Source of the DNA: Gaiellales bacterium
GTDB lineage: Bacteria > Actinomycetota > Thermoleophilia > Gaiellales > JAICJC01
Direction: 5' to 3'
DNA length: 64,000 bases
Assembly: GCA_033856675.1 (NCBI GenBank)
Contig: JAWVEN010000032.1
Span: forward strand, 41,081-105,080
Made by a program: the position numbers and the translations under genes. The notes beneath the pieces are model-generated. The model had not been told where the DNA came from. It saw nothing but the letters and a program-made list of their open reading frames with translations, and did not search any database. The number at the start of each line of letters is the position of its first letter. The stretch's first letter is position 1. Shown here one piece after another: positions 52,736 through 61,804 of the stretch.

Positions 52736-53616
52736 GACGTGTAGTGCACCCGTCTCCGACCGACCCAGAGCTGCAGCAGTGCCAGCACGAGGGTCGCCGC
52801 GAACAGGGCGCAGGCGATGGCGGCTGCGTACCCGGCGTGGAACACGGTGAACGCCTGGTCGTACAGGTAGTAGACGACCACGGTGGTCGAGCGAAGCGGC
52901 CCGCCACGCGTCGTGACGTAGATCTCGTCGAACACCTGCAGCGCGTTGATCGTCGACCAGACCAGCAAAAAGAGCGACACCGGCGCAACCAGCGGAAGGG
53001 TGACGTGGCGGAACACCTTCCAGGGCCCTGCGCCATCGAGCTTTGCGGCTTCCACAAGTTCGCGAGGGACACCCTGCAGCGCGGCCAGATAGATGATGAC
53101 GTCGAAGCCCAGCCACCCCCATACGGTCATGGCGACGATGGCGTACAGCGCCTGGTCTGGATCCTGCAGGAAGCCGTACGGGCCGAGGCCGACCTTCCCA
53201 AGGCCGTAGTTGGCGACGCCGTATGTCGGATCCAGCAGCCAGTTGAAGACGATCCCGGTGGCGACGGTCGACACCGCGACCGGGACGAAGAAGGCCGTCC
53301 GGTAGAACCGGGCGAAGCGGATCTGCCCGTCCAGCAGCACCGCGAGGCCGAGCGCTCCTCCCACCGACAGCGGCACGAACAGCGCCGTGTAGATCAGCGT
53401 GCGGCGGATCGAGTCCACGAAGACGGGGTCGTCGGCGAGCCGGCGGTAGTTGTCGAGGCCGACCCAGGTCGGCGCGGTGAGAAGGTCGTTCTCCTGTAGC
53501 GACAGCAGCACGGCCCACCCGATCGGCAGGATCCCGAAGACGGCGATCAGCGTCGTCGCCGGAAGGACGAACAGCCAGCCGGCAACGTGATCCGACCGCG
53601 CCAGGCGGCCGATCAT
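52732..53616 (-). CDS. carbohydrate ABC transporter permease (MalF-like)
   Basis: TM profile with EAA loop LVEAAKLDGAGPWKVFRHVTLP. Confidence 0.9.
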   Translation of the reverse strand: MIGRLARSDHVAGWLFVLPATTLIAVFGILPIGWAVLLSLQENDLLTAPTWVGLDNYRRLADDPVFVDSIRRTLIYTALFVPLSVGGALGLAVLLDGQIRFARFYRTAFFVPVAVSTVATGIVFNWLLDPTYGVANYGLGKVGLGPYGFLQDPDQALYAIVAMTVWGWLGFDVIIYLAALQGVPRELVEAAKLDGAGPWKVFRHVTLPLVAPVSLFLLVWSTINALQVFDEIYVTTRGGPLRSTTVVVYYLYDQAFTVFHAGYAAAIACALFAATLVLALLQLWVGRRRVHYTS

Positions 53617-54887
53617 GAGCCCTGCGCGAGCACCTGGTCGACCTCTTCGGCCGCCGCATCCAGCCCATCCTTGGGCTGCGCCTTGCCCAACAGCACCGCC
53701 TGGATCGCCTGGCCCATGGCCTGCGAGACCTCTGCATAGGTCGCGATCACCGGCCGCGCCTTCACCGCATTCGCCTCGTTTTCGACGAACTTCTCGACCC
53801 CTGGGTATTTCTGCACGTACTCCTGGTACTGCGGCAGGTCGGCCTGCGAGGCGCGGATCGGCAGGTCACCCGTGTCGAGCGACCATTGCATCGCCTGCTC
53901 CGCAGACGTGAACCACTTCAAGAACTCCCAGGCGGCCTTGCTGCGGTCGTCGCCGTTGTCGAACATCACCCACTGGTCGGGGCCGGAGATTGTCTGGTGG
54001 TTCTGGTCGCCGGGAAGTACCTCGACGCCGTACTCGACGTCGGTGAACCCGGACAGGTCCCACGGCCCGGTGAACAGCATTCCGATCTTGCCCGAGTTGA
54101 ACAGGTTGGCGTATGTCCCATTCCCGTTGTCGAGATAGACGGAGTGGTCGACGGTCGCCATCTGTTGCAATAGCGTGGCTGCGCGCACGCCGGCTTCGGA
54201 GTTGAACGCGGCATGCTGGTTGTCGGGCGTGAGGATGTCGCCGCCGGCCTGCCACAGCAGCGCGTCGAAGCGCCAGACGGTGTCCTCGCTCGCGTCCGCA
54301 ACATACGCCCAGCCGAACTGCTTCTTCGCCGGGTCGGTCAGCTTCGCGGCCGCCTGACGGAAATCGTCCCACGTCCAGTCGGCGGTCGGGTGGGCAACGC
54401 CGGCCTGGTCGAACATCGCCTTGTTGTAGACCAGGGCGAGGTTGTCGACCAGCGCCGGGACGCCGATCACCTTGTCGCCCACCTCGACCGCGCCACGCTC
54501 GGCCGGCCAGAAGTCCTCCCAGTTCATCGACGGATCTTCTGCGAGCAGCGGCGCCACGTCGACGGCGCTCGGCGTCCGGGCGATGTTCGCCGCGTACGAC
54601 CCGTAGAGATACGCGATGTCGGGGGCCGATCCCGAGCGGATGGCGGTGAGCACCTTCTGCAGCGCAAGGTCGGCATTGCCGTAGTTCGACAGCTTCACCT
54701 CGATGGACGGGTGGGTGGCGTTGAACCGCTTCACCGCGTCGACGAGGCCCTTCCCCTCCGCATCGACGTAGCCGTGCCACAGGGTGACCGAGACCTTTCC
54801 CCCGCTCGAGCCGCCGGACGAGCCGCCACCGCATGCGGTCGCAAGCATGAGCAGCAGGACGGGAAGGATGAGGGCGAACCGCCTCAT
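53613..54887 (-). CDS. carbohydrate ABC transporter substrate-binding lipoprotein
   Basis: Lipobox LMLATACGG. About 424 aa, SBP_bac_1-like. Confidence 0.9.
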   Translation of the reverse strand: MRRFALILPVLLLMLATACGGGSSGGSSGGKVSVTLWHGYVDAEGKGLVDAVKRFNATHPSIEVKLSNYGNADLALQKVLTAIRSGSAPDIAYLYGSYAANIARTPSAVDVAPLLAEDPSMNWEDFWPAERGAVEVGDKVIGVPALVDNLALVYNKAMFDQAGVAHPTADWTWDDFRQAAAKLTDPAKKQFGWAYVADASEDTVWRFDALLWQAGGDILTPDNQHAAFNSEAGVRAATLLQQMATVDHSVYLDNGNGTYANLFNSGKIGMLFTGPWDLSGFTDVEYGVEVLPGDQNHQTISGPDQWVMFDNGDDRSKAAWEFLKWFTSAEQAMQWSLDTGDLPIRASQADLPQYQEYVQKYPGVEKFVENEANAVKARPVIATYAEVSQAMGQAIQAVLLGKAQPKDGLDAAAEEVDQVLAQGS

Positions 54888-55753
54888 TGCAGCACCACCG
54901 ATCTGGTCAGGTTGCGGGGGGCATCAGGGTCGAGGCCGCGCGCGGCCGCGAGAGCGATGGCGAGCCGGTGGGCGAGCACGAGGGTCGCCAGCGGCTCGGG
55001 GTCGGGGTCGAGCAGGAACGCGCCAGTGCGACGCACGTCCGCGACCAGGGCCGGGTCGATGTGCCCGAACGGGATCACCGCTGTTCGCGGATCGGCGAGC
55101 GCGATGGGCCCGTGGCGGTACTCCATCGCCGGGTAGGCCTCCGACCAGACCTGAGCGGTCTCGGCCAGCTTCAGCGACGCCTCGCTCGCCAGGCCCACGG
55201 TCCAGCCGCGCCCCAGGAACACGAACCGCTCGAATCCGTTGGGATCGAGTGGAAGGTCGCTCTCCAGCATGCGCTCGGCGGCCGTCGTGGCGGGCTCCGG
55301 GGCGATGCCCAGATGCGCCCGGAGCAGCACGAGGGTGGCCGTCGCAAAGCGGGTCTGCACCACCGACTGCTCGTCGGCGAACGGCAGTGCGACCACCTGC
55401 GCCGCGGCGGCCGCAACGGGGCTGTCCGGAACCGCCGTGACAGCGGTCACCGGCGGGTGAGCGCCGCTTCGCAGCACGTCGACCACCTCGGTGGTCGTGC
55501 CCGACCGCGAGATCGCGACCAGCGCTTCGTAGTCGCGGCCCGCCGGAAGCTCCGAAGCCGCGAAGGCATCGGTCTCTCCGTGTCCCGCCTGCTCGCGTGA
55601 GACGGCATAGGCCTGCGCCACATAGAGGGAGGTACCGCATCCGATCGCCGCGACGCGCGCACCACGCTCGGGCAACTGCGCATCACCGGCGAGCTCGGCG
55701 GCCTTCCGCCAAATGGATGGCTGGCTGCTCACCTCATGCTCGATTAAGCGCAT
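54884..55753 (-). CDS. SIS-domain sugar-phosphate isomerase/deaminase (AgaS-like)
   Basis: ..VAAIGCGTSLYVAQ.., ..ISRSGTTTE.. and a second SIS half ..FLGRGW..GLA.EASLKL.E... Confidence 0.8.
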   Translation of the reverse strand: MRLIEHEVSSQPSIWRKAAELAGDAQLPERGARVAAIGCGTSLYVAQAYAVSREQAGHGETDAFAASELPAGRDYEALVAISRSGTTTEVVDVLRSGAHPPVTAVTAVPDSPVAAAAAQVVALPFADEQSVVQTRFATATLVLLRAHLGIAPEPATTAAERMLESDLPLDPNGFERFVFLGRGWTVGLASEASLKLAETAQVWSEAYPAMEYRHGPIALADPRTAVIPFGHIDPALVADVRRTGAFLLDPDPEPLATLVLAHRLAIALAAARGLDPDAPRNLTRSVVLQ

Positions 55754-55827
55754 ATCGGGCGACTTTACGCTTCAAACGATCAGAAAGCAACGCGCGGGGC
55801 GCACCAACGCGGGTACACTCGCGCACA

Positions 55828-56586
55828 GTGCGCCAGGCCGAGCGACTGAGCCGGATCGTCGAGCAGCTGTCGTCAGACGGCTCGGTCAGCGTGGCCGAAC
55901 TGGCGGCCGGGCTCGGCGTCTCGGCTGCCACCGTCCGCCGCGACCTCGGCATGCTGGCCGACCAGCGGATGCTGGCCCGCACGCACGGCGGAGCAGTGGC
56001 GCACGGGGTGCTGTACGAGTTGCCGCTTCGCTACCGCAGCGCGCGGCGCCAGCAGGAGAAGGCGCGCATCGCCAGGGCCGCTGCGGAGCGGGTTCCGGAT
56101 GGTGCCGCCGTCGGCATGACGGGCGGCACGACGACCACCGAGGTCGCACGTGCGCTGTCCGACCGCCGCCGGCTGACCGTCGTCACGAACTCGCTCAACA
56201 TCGCGTCCGAGCTCGCCATCCGTCCGAACCTCAAACTGGTCGTGACCGGCGGCGTTGCCAGGTCTGAGAGCTACGAGCTGGTGGGGCCGATTGCAGAGGC
56301 GACGCTGACCGCGCTGAACCTCGATGTGGTGCTGGTCGGTGTCGACGGCATCGCAATCGATGCCGGGCTGACCACGCACCACGAGGTCGAGGCGCACACG
56401 AACCGGGCGCTGATCAGCCGCGCTCGGCGTGTCATCGTTGTCACCGACAGCTCGAAGATCGGACAGGTTGCGTTCGCCCGTATCTGCGGCCTCGAACAGG
56501 TGGACGAGGTGATCTCCGACGCCGACGCCGATCCCGGCGAGGTGGCACGGCTTCGCGACGCAGGCGTCGTGCTAACGCTCGTCTGA
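55828..56586 (+). CDS. DeoR family transcriptional regulator
   Basis: RLSRIVEQLSSDGSVSVAELAAGLGVSAATVRRDL (HTH) plus a DeoR C-terminal sensor domain (..GMTGGTTT.., ..VVTNSLNIA..). GTG start inferred. Confidence 0.85.
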   Translation: MRQAERLSRIVEQLSSDGSVSVAELAAGLGVSAATVRRDLGMLADQRMLARTHGGAVAHGVLYELPLRYRSARRQQEKARIARAAAERVPDGAAVGMTGGTTTTEVARALSDRRRLTVVTNSLNIASELAIRPNLKLVVTGGVARSESYELVGPIAEATLTALNLDVVLVGVDGIAIDAGLTTHHEVEAHTNRALISRARRVIVVTDSSKIGQVAFARICGLEQVDEVISDADADPGEVARLRDAGVVLTLV

Positions 56587-57063
56587 GGCCGGCTCGAGCC
56601 GCTCGACCGAGTCGGGAGTACGGCCCGCCTTCAGCGCCGCGCGCTTCCAGTCGGCAATCGCATCGCCCAGCTCGGCGTAGGCGGCATCGGCCCGCTGCGC
56701 CGGGACAGCGGGCTCACCGGCGTCGAAGAAGAAGTTGGCACCTGCAGCCGTGATGGCGTCCCCCATCGCCAGCACGAGCTCGCTCGCCGCTTGGTCAAGC
56801 CTGCGCACGGGGTTCTGGTCGGCAAGGAACCAGACGTCGCGCTGGTCGAGCGTCAGCAGTGCCTGCGCGGCCGCGAACCTCGGATCCGATGCGGGCAGCT
56901 CATCCCAAAGGCCGGTAATCTCGCGCAGCAGCCGGTGCCGCGCGTCGCCCGGGTAGCGGCGGAGAATCTCCCGAAGCTGTGCAACCAGCCGCTCGACCTC
57001 CGCGTGCAGGGCTGCACGAAGCTCGATGTCCTGCGTCGGCATGTCATCTGCCTGATGATCCAT
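56572..57063 (-). CDS. hypothetical protein
   Basis: 163-aa ORF with good GC3 bias. No recognisable motif. 3' end overlaps the DeoR stop by 15 nt (convergent). Confidence 0.5.
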   Translation of the reverse strand: MDHQADDMPTQDIELRAALHAEVERLVAQLREILRRYPGDARHRLLREITGLWDELPASDPRFAAAQALLTLDQRDVWFLADQNPVRRLDQAASELVLAMGDAITAAGANFFFDAGEPAVPAQRADAAYAELGDAIADWKRAALKAGRTPDSVERLEPASDER

Positions 57064-57166
57064 CGCTCCCGCTCGGCCCCCAGCGAAGCAGGCCTCAAGG
57101 CTAGAGCCGCGGGGCGCGGGAGGTATGAACGCGCTGTAAGAACATCGTTACGGCTGCGCGGACCCG

Positions 57167-58588
57167 CTACTCCGACGGCGCCACCGCGTCGAGGCGGCTC
57201 AACACCTGCGAGCCGAGCATGACCGACTGGATGCGGCCATCCGCGCGCCGTGCAAAGAGGCACGGCTCGCCGGAATCCCGCACGCCCGCCGCGACGATGA
57301 ACCGGTCGGGGTCGCCGGTCGGCTCAAGGGTCGGTTTCCAGTCGGCCGACTCCGTGTCGACGAACGTCAGCTTGCCGTCTCGCCACTCCAGCCGCAACAG
57401 CTGGAGGTGGTCGCGGTCGGCGTACAGGCCAAGCAGCTCGCTCCACTCCGCCGGCAGCGGGGCCGGCGGGGCAACCGGCGACGGTGCGGCCCGCACGGCA
57501 TCCCGGGCGATCGTTGCGAGCTCCATCGACAGCTTCTCCGGGGAGGAACTGCCGTTGACGAGCGCGATCGCTCCCACCTTTGTCTTCGGGTCGAAGCAGA
57601 CGTTCGTCGTGAACCCGTGGATGCCGCCGGAATGCTGCACCCAGACGCCGTCATCACGCCGGTAGGCGTACCAGGCGAGGCCGAACGCGACCCGCCACTC
57701 ACCGTCGGTGTCGAGGTAGCGAGGAGTGTGCATCTCGGCGAGCGTCGAGCCGGCCAGCACCTGCGCACCTTCACGCGGTCCGCCGTCGTGCCTGAACTGG
57801 AATGTGATCCAGCGGGCCATGTCCTCGACCGACGACGACAGGCCGCCCTCTGCCTGGCAGGACGGCGCCTCCACGGAGACGAGAAGGTCGTCGCTGAAGC
57901 CCCTCGGCCCGTATCCCGTCGCGCGGCGTCCCTCCATGTCCTCCGGCAGCGGGTCAAAGCCAGACGACCCCATGCCGAGCGGTCCCAGGATGGCCTCCTC
58001 GACATACTCGGCGTAGGGCATGCCCGACACCCGTGCCACGATCTCGCCCAACAGCTGATAGCCGAGGTTGGAGTACTTCTGCTGGGTATTGGGCGCGACG
58101 CGCGTCCCGATCTCGGCGACGCGAGCGAGGCTTGCGCGCGCATCGCCCTCGTAGATGGGCTCGGTCCAGTCGGTGCCGGGCGGATCACCCATCAGGCCGG
58201 ACTCGTGCGACAGCAGCCGGCGGATGGTGACGGTCTCGATCGGGCCGAACGGGCTCTCCGCGTCACGCAGCTCCGGCAGGTGCGCGACAGCCGGGTCGTC
58301 GAGATGCAGCCGTCCCTCGTCGCGCAGCTGCATGATCGCCGTGCCGGTGAACGTCTTCGTGATCGAAGCGACCCGGTAGAGCGTCCGCGCGTCCGGTCCG
58401 CGCCGCGCCTCGATGTCGGCGAACCCGGTACCCGCCGACCACACCAGCTCGTAGCCATGCACGATGCCGACAGCCGCACCGGGCAGGCGATGCTCTCGAA
58501 CGAAGTCGGCCGCCGTGCGCTCGAGCTGCCGGCCCACGCCGGTGATCGCGCTGGATGTGGATTCCGCCTCTGCCGTGGCCATTCCCAT
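57167..58588 (-). CDS. serine hydrolase (class C beta-lactamase/DD-peptidase family) with a C-terminal extension
   Basis: S-x-x-K motif in YRVASITKTF. YSNLGY (Y-x-N) context. Confidence 0.85.
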   Translation of the reverse strand: MGMATAEAESTSSAITGVGRQLERTAADFVREHRLPGAAVGIVHGYELVWSAGTGFADIEARRGPDARTLYRVASITKTFTGTAIMQLRDEGRLHLDDPAVAHLPELRDAESPFGPIETVTIRRLLSHESGLMGDPPGTDWTEPIYEGDARASLARVAEIGTRVAPNTQQKYSNLGYQLLGEIVARVSGMPYAEYVEEAILGPLGMGSSGFDPLPEDMEGRRATGYGPRGFSDDLLVSVEAPSCQAEGGLSSSVEDMARWITFQFRHDGGPREGAQVLAGSTLAEMHTPRYLDTDGEWRVAFGLAWYAYRRDDGVWVQHSGGIHGFTTNVCFDPKTKVGAIALVNGSSSPEKLSMELATIARDAVRAAPSPVAPPAPLPAEWSELLGLYADRDHLQLLRLEWRDGKLTFVDTESADWKPTLEPTGDPDRFIVAAGVRDSGEPCLFARRADGRIQSVMLGSQVLSRLDAVAPSE

Positions 58589-58649
58589 CCCCCTTGTGTG
58601 TCGCGCTTGACCCTACTCCGCGCGGACGGGGGACGGGCTCAACCGATCG

Positions 58650-59006
58650 TCACATCAAGCCGAGCCACTCGGCGATGCGGTCGGGGACGTCATCCCCGAA
58701 CTCGAGTTTGACCGCCTGATCGATCACACCTTCGGCGTCTGACGGCGCGTGGCGCGGCTCGGTCGACAGGTAGAGAATGACGGCCGCAGCGACGGTCACC
58801 GCGGGCTCCTCACCGTCGGGGTCGATCTTCTCGACGGCCGCGGCGAGCCGGCGATCGAGATTCGGCACCGTCCGAACCGGATCGTCGTCGTCCTCGAACC
58901 ACTGCTCGAGCTCGCCGACCAGCGCCAGCGAGTCGCTGGGGTCGACGATGCCCGCAGCCTGGCGCACAACGTCGGCGACCGTGGGTGTCTCGAGCTCACG
59001 GGCCAC
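58650..59006 (-). CDS. hypothetical acidic protein
   Basis: ORF 58650..59108 would overlap the divergent msrB start. GTG at 59006 is the first start that avoids this. No motif recognised. Confidence 0.4.
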   Translation of the reverse strand: MARELETPTVADVVRQAAGIVDPSDSLALVGELEQWFEDDDDPVRTVPNLDRRLAAAVEKIDPDGEEPAVTVAAAVILYLSTEPRHAPSDAEGVIDQAVKLEFGDDVPDRIAEWLGLM

Positions 59007-59083
59007 GGCCGCACGGTACCCACCACCCGACCGGAGGTAACGTGAGGCCTGGAGATCTTCGATGACCGACAAGGAGGACCACG

Positions 59084-59488
59084 GTGGCCGAGAGCAGCAT
59101 CCCGACAAGCGAGACCGAGTGGCAGCAGAAGCTGACGCCGGAGCAGTACGACATCCTGCGACGCAAGGGCACCGAGCGGCCGTTCACCGGCAGGTACGTG
59201 GACGAGAAGTCGCCCGGCATGTACCGCTGCGCCGGGTGCGGCGCCGAGCTGTTCTCGTCGGAGACGAAGTTCGAGAGCGGCTCAGGCTGGCCGAGCTTCA
59301 CCGAACCGGCCGACCAGGCGAACGTCGAGCTTCACGAGGACCGGAGCCACGGCATGCTGCGCACCGAGGTGACGTGCAAGCACTGCGGTGGGCACCTCGG
59401 TCACGTCTTCCCGGACGGGCCACGCGACGCCGGGGGCCAGCGCTACTGCATCAACTCCTGCGCTCTGGAGCTCGACCCGGCCTCCTGA
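59084..59488 (+). CDS. msrB: peptide-methionine (R)-S-oxide reductase
   Basis: Two CxxC pairs ([19 protein letters not shown]), GWPSF and the catalytic RYCINS context. Confidence 0.95.
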   Translation: MAESSIPTSETEWQQKLTPEQYDILRRKGTERPFTGRYVDEKSPGMYRCAGCGAELFSSETKFESGSGWPSFTEPADQANVELHEDRSHGMLRTEVTCKHCGGHLGHVFPDGPRDAGGQRYCINSCALELDPAS

Positions 59489-59492
59489 GGAC

Positions 59493-60239
59493 TCAGCCGG
59501 CCGAAAGCCCGCCGTCGATGACCAGCGCGCTGCCGGTCATGAATGCGGCATCGTCGGAGGCGAGGTAGGCGATCGAGCCCGCGATCTCCTCGGGCGTTCC
59601 CAGCCTGCCCATCGGCTGACGCGCGGTCAGCTGGTCGATCGACTCGCCGACGTCCTCGACCAGCCGTCGCACCCAGGGTGAGTCCACCGTGCCGGGGCAG
59701 ATGCAGTTCACGCGGACGCCGTCGCCGACATGGTCGACGGCAAGCGCGCGGGTGAGGGCGATGACGGCTCCCTTGGACGCACAGTACGCAGCGCGGTTCC
59801 GAAGGCCGACGACGCCCGCCACCGAAGCCATGTTGACCACGGCGCCGCCACCACCGCGGCTCAGGCGGGGAATGCCATGCTTGCAGCCCAGGAAGACCCC
59901 ACGCGCGTTGACGGCGAAGACGTTGTCCCAGACCTCGACCGTCGTCGTCGGAGCCGGATCGGTGGAGCCGATGCCGGCAATGTTGGCCACGATGTCGAGC
60001 CTGCCGCCCCATTCGCTGTCGCCGCGCTCGAACATGGCAACGACCGACGCCTCGTCCCGCACGTCGACGACATGGCTGACCACGCCGCCGCCCGCGAGCC
60101 GCGCGGTCTCCTCAGCGCCATCGCCGTCGTAATCGGCGGCCAGCACCTTTGCCCCCCGCTCGGCAAGGAGCAACGCCGTCGCGCGGCCGATCCCCGAGCC
60201 GGCGCCGGTTACGACCGCGACCTGCCCGCTGAACGTCAT
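59493..60239 (-). CDS. SDR family oxidoreductase
   Basis: TGAGSGIG, NIAG, and catalytic Y-x3-K in YCASKGAV. Confidence 0.9.
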   Translation of the reverse strand: MTFSGQVAVVTGAGSGIGRATALLLAERGAKVLAADYDGDGAEETARLAGGGVVSHVVDVRDEASVVAMFERGDSEWGGRLDIVANIAGIGSTDPAPTTTVEVWDNVFAVNARGVFLGCKHGIPRLSRGGGGAVVNMASVAGVVGLRNRAAYCASKGAVIALTRALAVDHVGDGVRVNCICPGTVDSPWVRRLVEDVGESIDQLTARQPMGRLGTPEEIAGSIAYLASDDAAFMTGSALVIDGGLSAG

Positions 60240-60268
60240 TCCGTCACCCTCACGCGGGAGATTCTTTC

Positions 60269-60946
60269 CTAGATGACGCCATAGGTGCGGAACGCCTCCG
60301 ACACCGGCATGCCTTCGGCCAGCTTCGACCGCACGAGGTTCTCGCCGGAGACTTTCTCCTCGGCCAGCCTGAGCACCTCGCCGGCGGCTTCGATCGGCAC
60401 CACCACGATGCCGTCATAGTCGCCCAGCACGAGGTCACCCTGATTCACGCGCACCCCGCCGCACTCGATCGGGACGCCGACCGCATCGACGTCGATGCGC
60501 CCCAGCGAGTCCTGGCAGTTGATGCCGGCGGCAAAGGTCGGGAACCTCATCTCGATCAGCGCCAGCGTATCGCGCGTGTAACCGTCCACCACGATCCCGC
60601 GCGCACCGCGGTAGCGGGACGCCGTTGCGAGCAACTCGCCCCAATACGAGCCGTTCGCTGTGGAGACGACCATGACGTCGCCGTCCGTGAGTGCGTCGAC
60701 CGCCCGCAGCTCGCCCTTGTAGTAGTCGTCCTGGTCGGCAGGGGGGCCGTCGACCTCCACGGCGTGGACGGTCGAGGCAAACCCGGCCAGACGCGCATCG
60801 GGGAACAGCGGGCGGATGTCGGACCGCATCACGTTGGAGCGGATCCCCACCTTGTCCAGGCAGTCGGACACCACGGCCGGGTGCAGCCGCTCGAGACGGT
60901 GCAACAGCGCGGTTCGGTCTGCGGTATCCAGAGGTCGGTCGCTCAA
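60269..60946 (-). CDS. RraA-family protein (HMG/CHA aldolase / oxaloacetate decarboxylase-like)
   Basis: ..AVVSDCLDKVG.., ..GDVMVVS......YWGELLATASRYRGARGIVVDGYTRD.., ..GD.V.GD.DGIVVVP are typical of RraA/demethylmenaquinone methyltransferase-like proteins. Confidence 0.85.
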   Translation of the reverse strand: MSDRPLDTADRTALLHRLERLHPAVVSDCLDKVGIRSNVMRSDIRPLFPDARLAGFASTVHAVEVDGPPADQDDYYKGELRAVDALTDGDVMVVSTANGSYWGELLATASRYRGARGIVVDGYTRDTLALIEMRFPTFAAGINCQDSLGRIDVDAVGVPIECGGVRVNQGDLVLGDYDGIVVVPIEAAGEVLRLAEEKVSGENLVRSKLAEGMPVSEAFRTYGVI

Positions 60947-60958
60947 GGGACGGCGAGT

Positions 60959-61804
60959 CTACCGCGAGCCGGACGCCGACGACGCCGCAACTGACAACGG
61001 CCGAGAGCCGTCGTCGTCCTCCGCCTCAGTGCCATCCCTCAGCTTGCCCAGCGCCGCTTCCTCGATCTGCCGAACCCGCTCGATGCTGAGGCCGAACGCC
61101 TCCGCCAGCTGGCGAAGCGTCCGCTCCGGCCCGTTCAGCCCGTACCGCGCCGCGACGATCGCACGCTCACGCTCCGAGAGGCGGCCGAGCAGCTCCCCCA
61201 GCCGGCCGACGTCGAGCGGCGGCAGCCGGTCAAAGGCATCGCCGGCGAGCGGGTCTGCGATCTGATCCCCGACGGTCGCTCCCGCATCGTCGTCACCGAG
61301 CCGCTCGTCGAGTCCGCGCGGCGTCCTCGCCGCCGCCATCAGACCCTCGACCTGCCGCCTCGCGAGCCCCGTCTCGCAGACCAGCTCAGACACCGTCGCC
61401 TCTCTGCCGCTCAGCTGCAGATGCTCACGTTGTGCGTCCTTGACGCGCGCCAGGTGGCGGGCGGCGCGGTCGGAGAGGACGACGGGCCGTCCCAGCTCCG
61501 CAACCAGCTGCTGCATCGCCTGCCGCACCCACCACGACGCGTACGCCCAGAACGGCGTGCCCTGCGCGGTGTCGTACCGCTCGAGGGCGCAGAGCAACCC
61601 CACGACTCCCTCCTGGCGCAACTCTGCAAGGCTCACCGTCGCCGACCGCTGGTACATGTGCGCGACGACGTCGATCGAGGGTGCGAACGCGTCGATCAGG
61701 GGCTGCCGAGCGTCGCCGGGAGCGCATTTCGCCGCCAGGACGAGCTCCCGTTCGCGGGCGAGCGGGAGCCGCCCCGGAGGCTCACAGGCCGGGTTGGCGC
61801 TCAC
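60959..61804 (-). CDS. sigma-70 family RNA polymerase sigma factor (regions 2, 3 and 4 present)
   Basis: Region 2: EGVVGLLCALERYD...GTPFWAYASWWVRQAM. Region 4: LSERERAIVAARYGL..ERTLRQLAEAFGLSIERVRQIEEAAL. GTGA overlap with the upstream gene. Confidence 0.85.
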   Translation of the reverse strand: MSANPACEPPGRLPLARERELVLAAKCAPGDARQPLIDAFAPSIDVVAHMYQRSATVSLAELRQEGVVGLLCALERYDTAQGTPFWAYASWWVRQAMQQLVAELGRPVVLSDRAARHLARVKDAQREHLQLSGREATVSELVCETGLARRQVEGLMAAARTPRGLDERLGDDDAGATVGDQIADPLAGDAFDRLPPLDVGRLGELLGRLSERERAIVAARYGLNGPERTLRQLAEAFGLSIERVRQIEEAALGKLRDGTEAEDDDGSRPLSVAASSASGSR

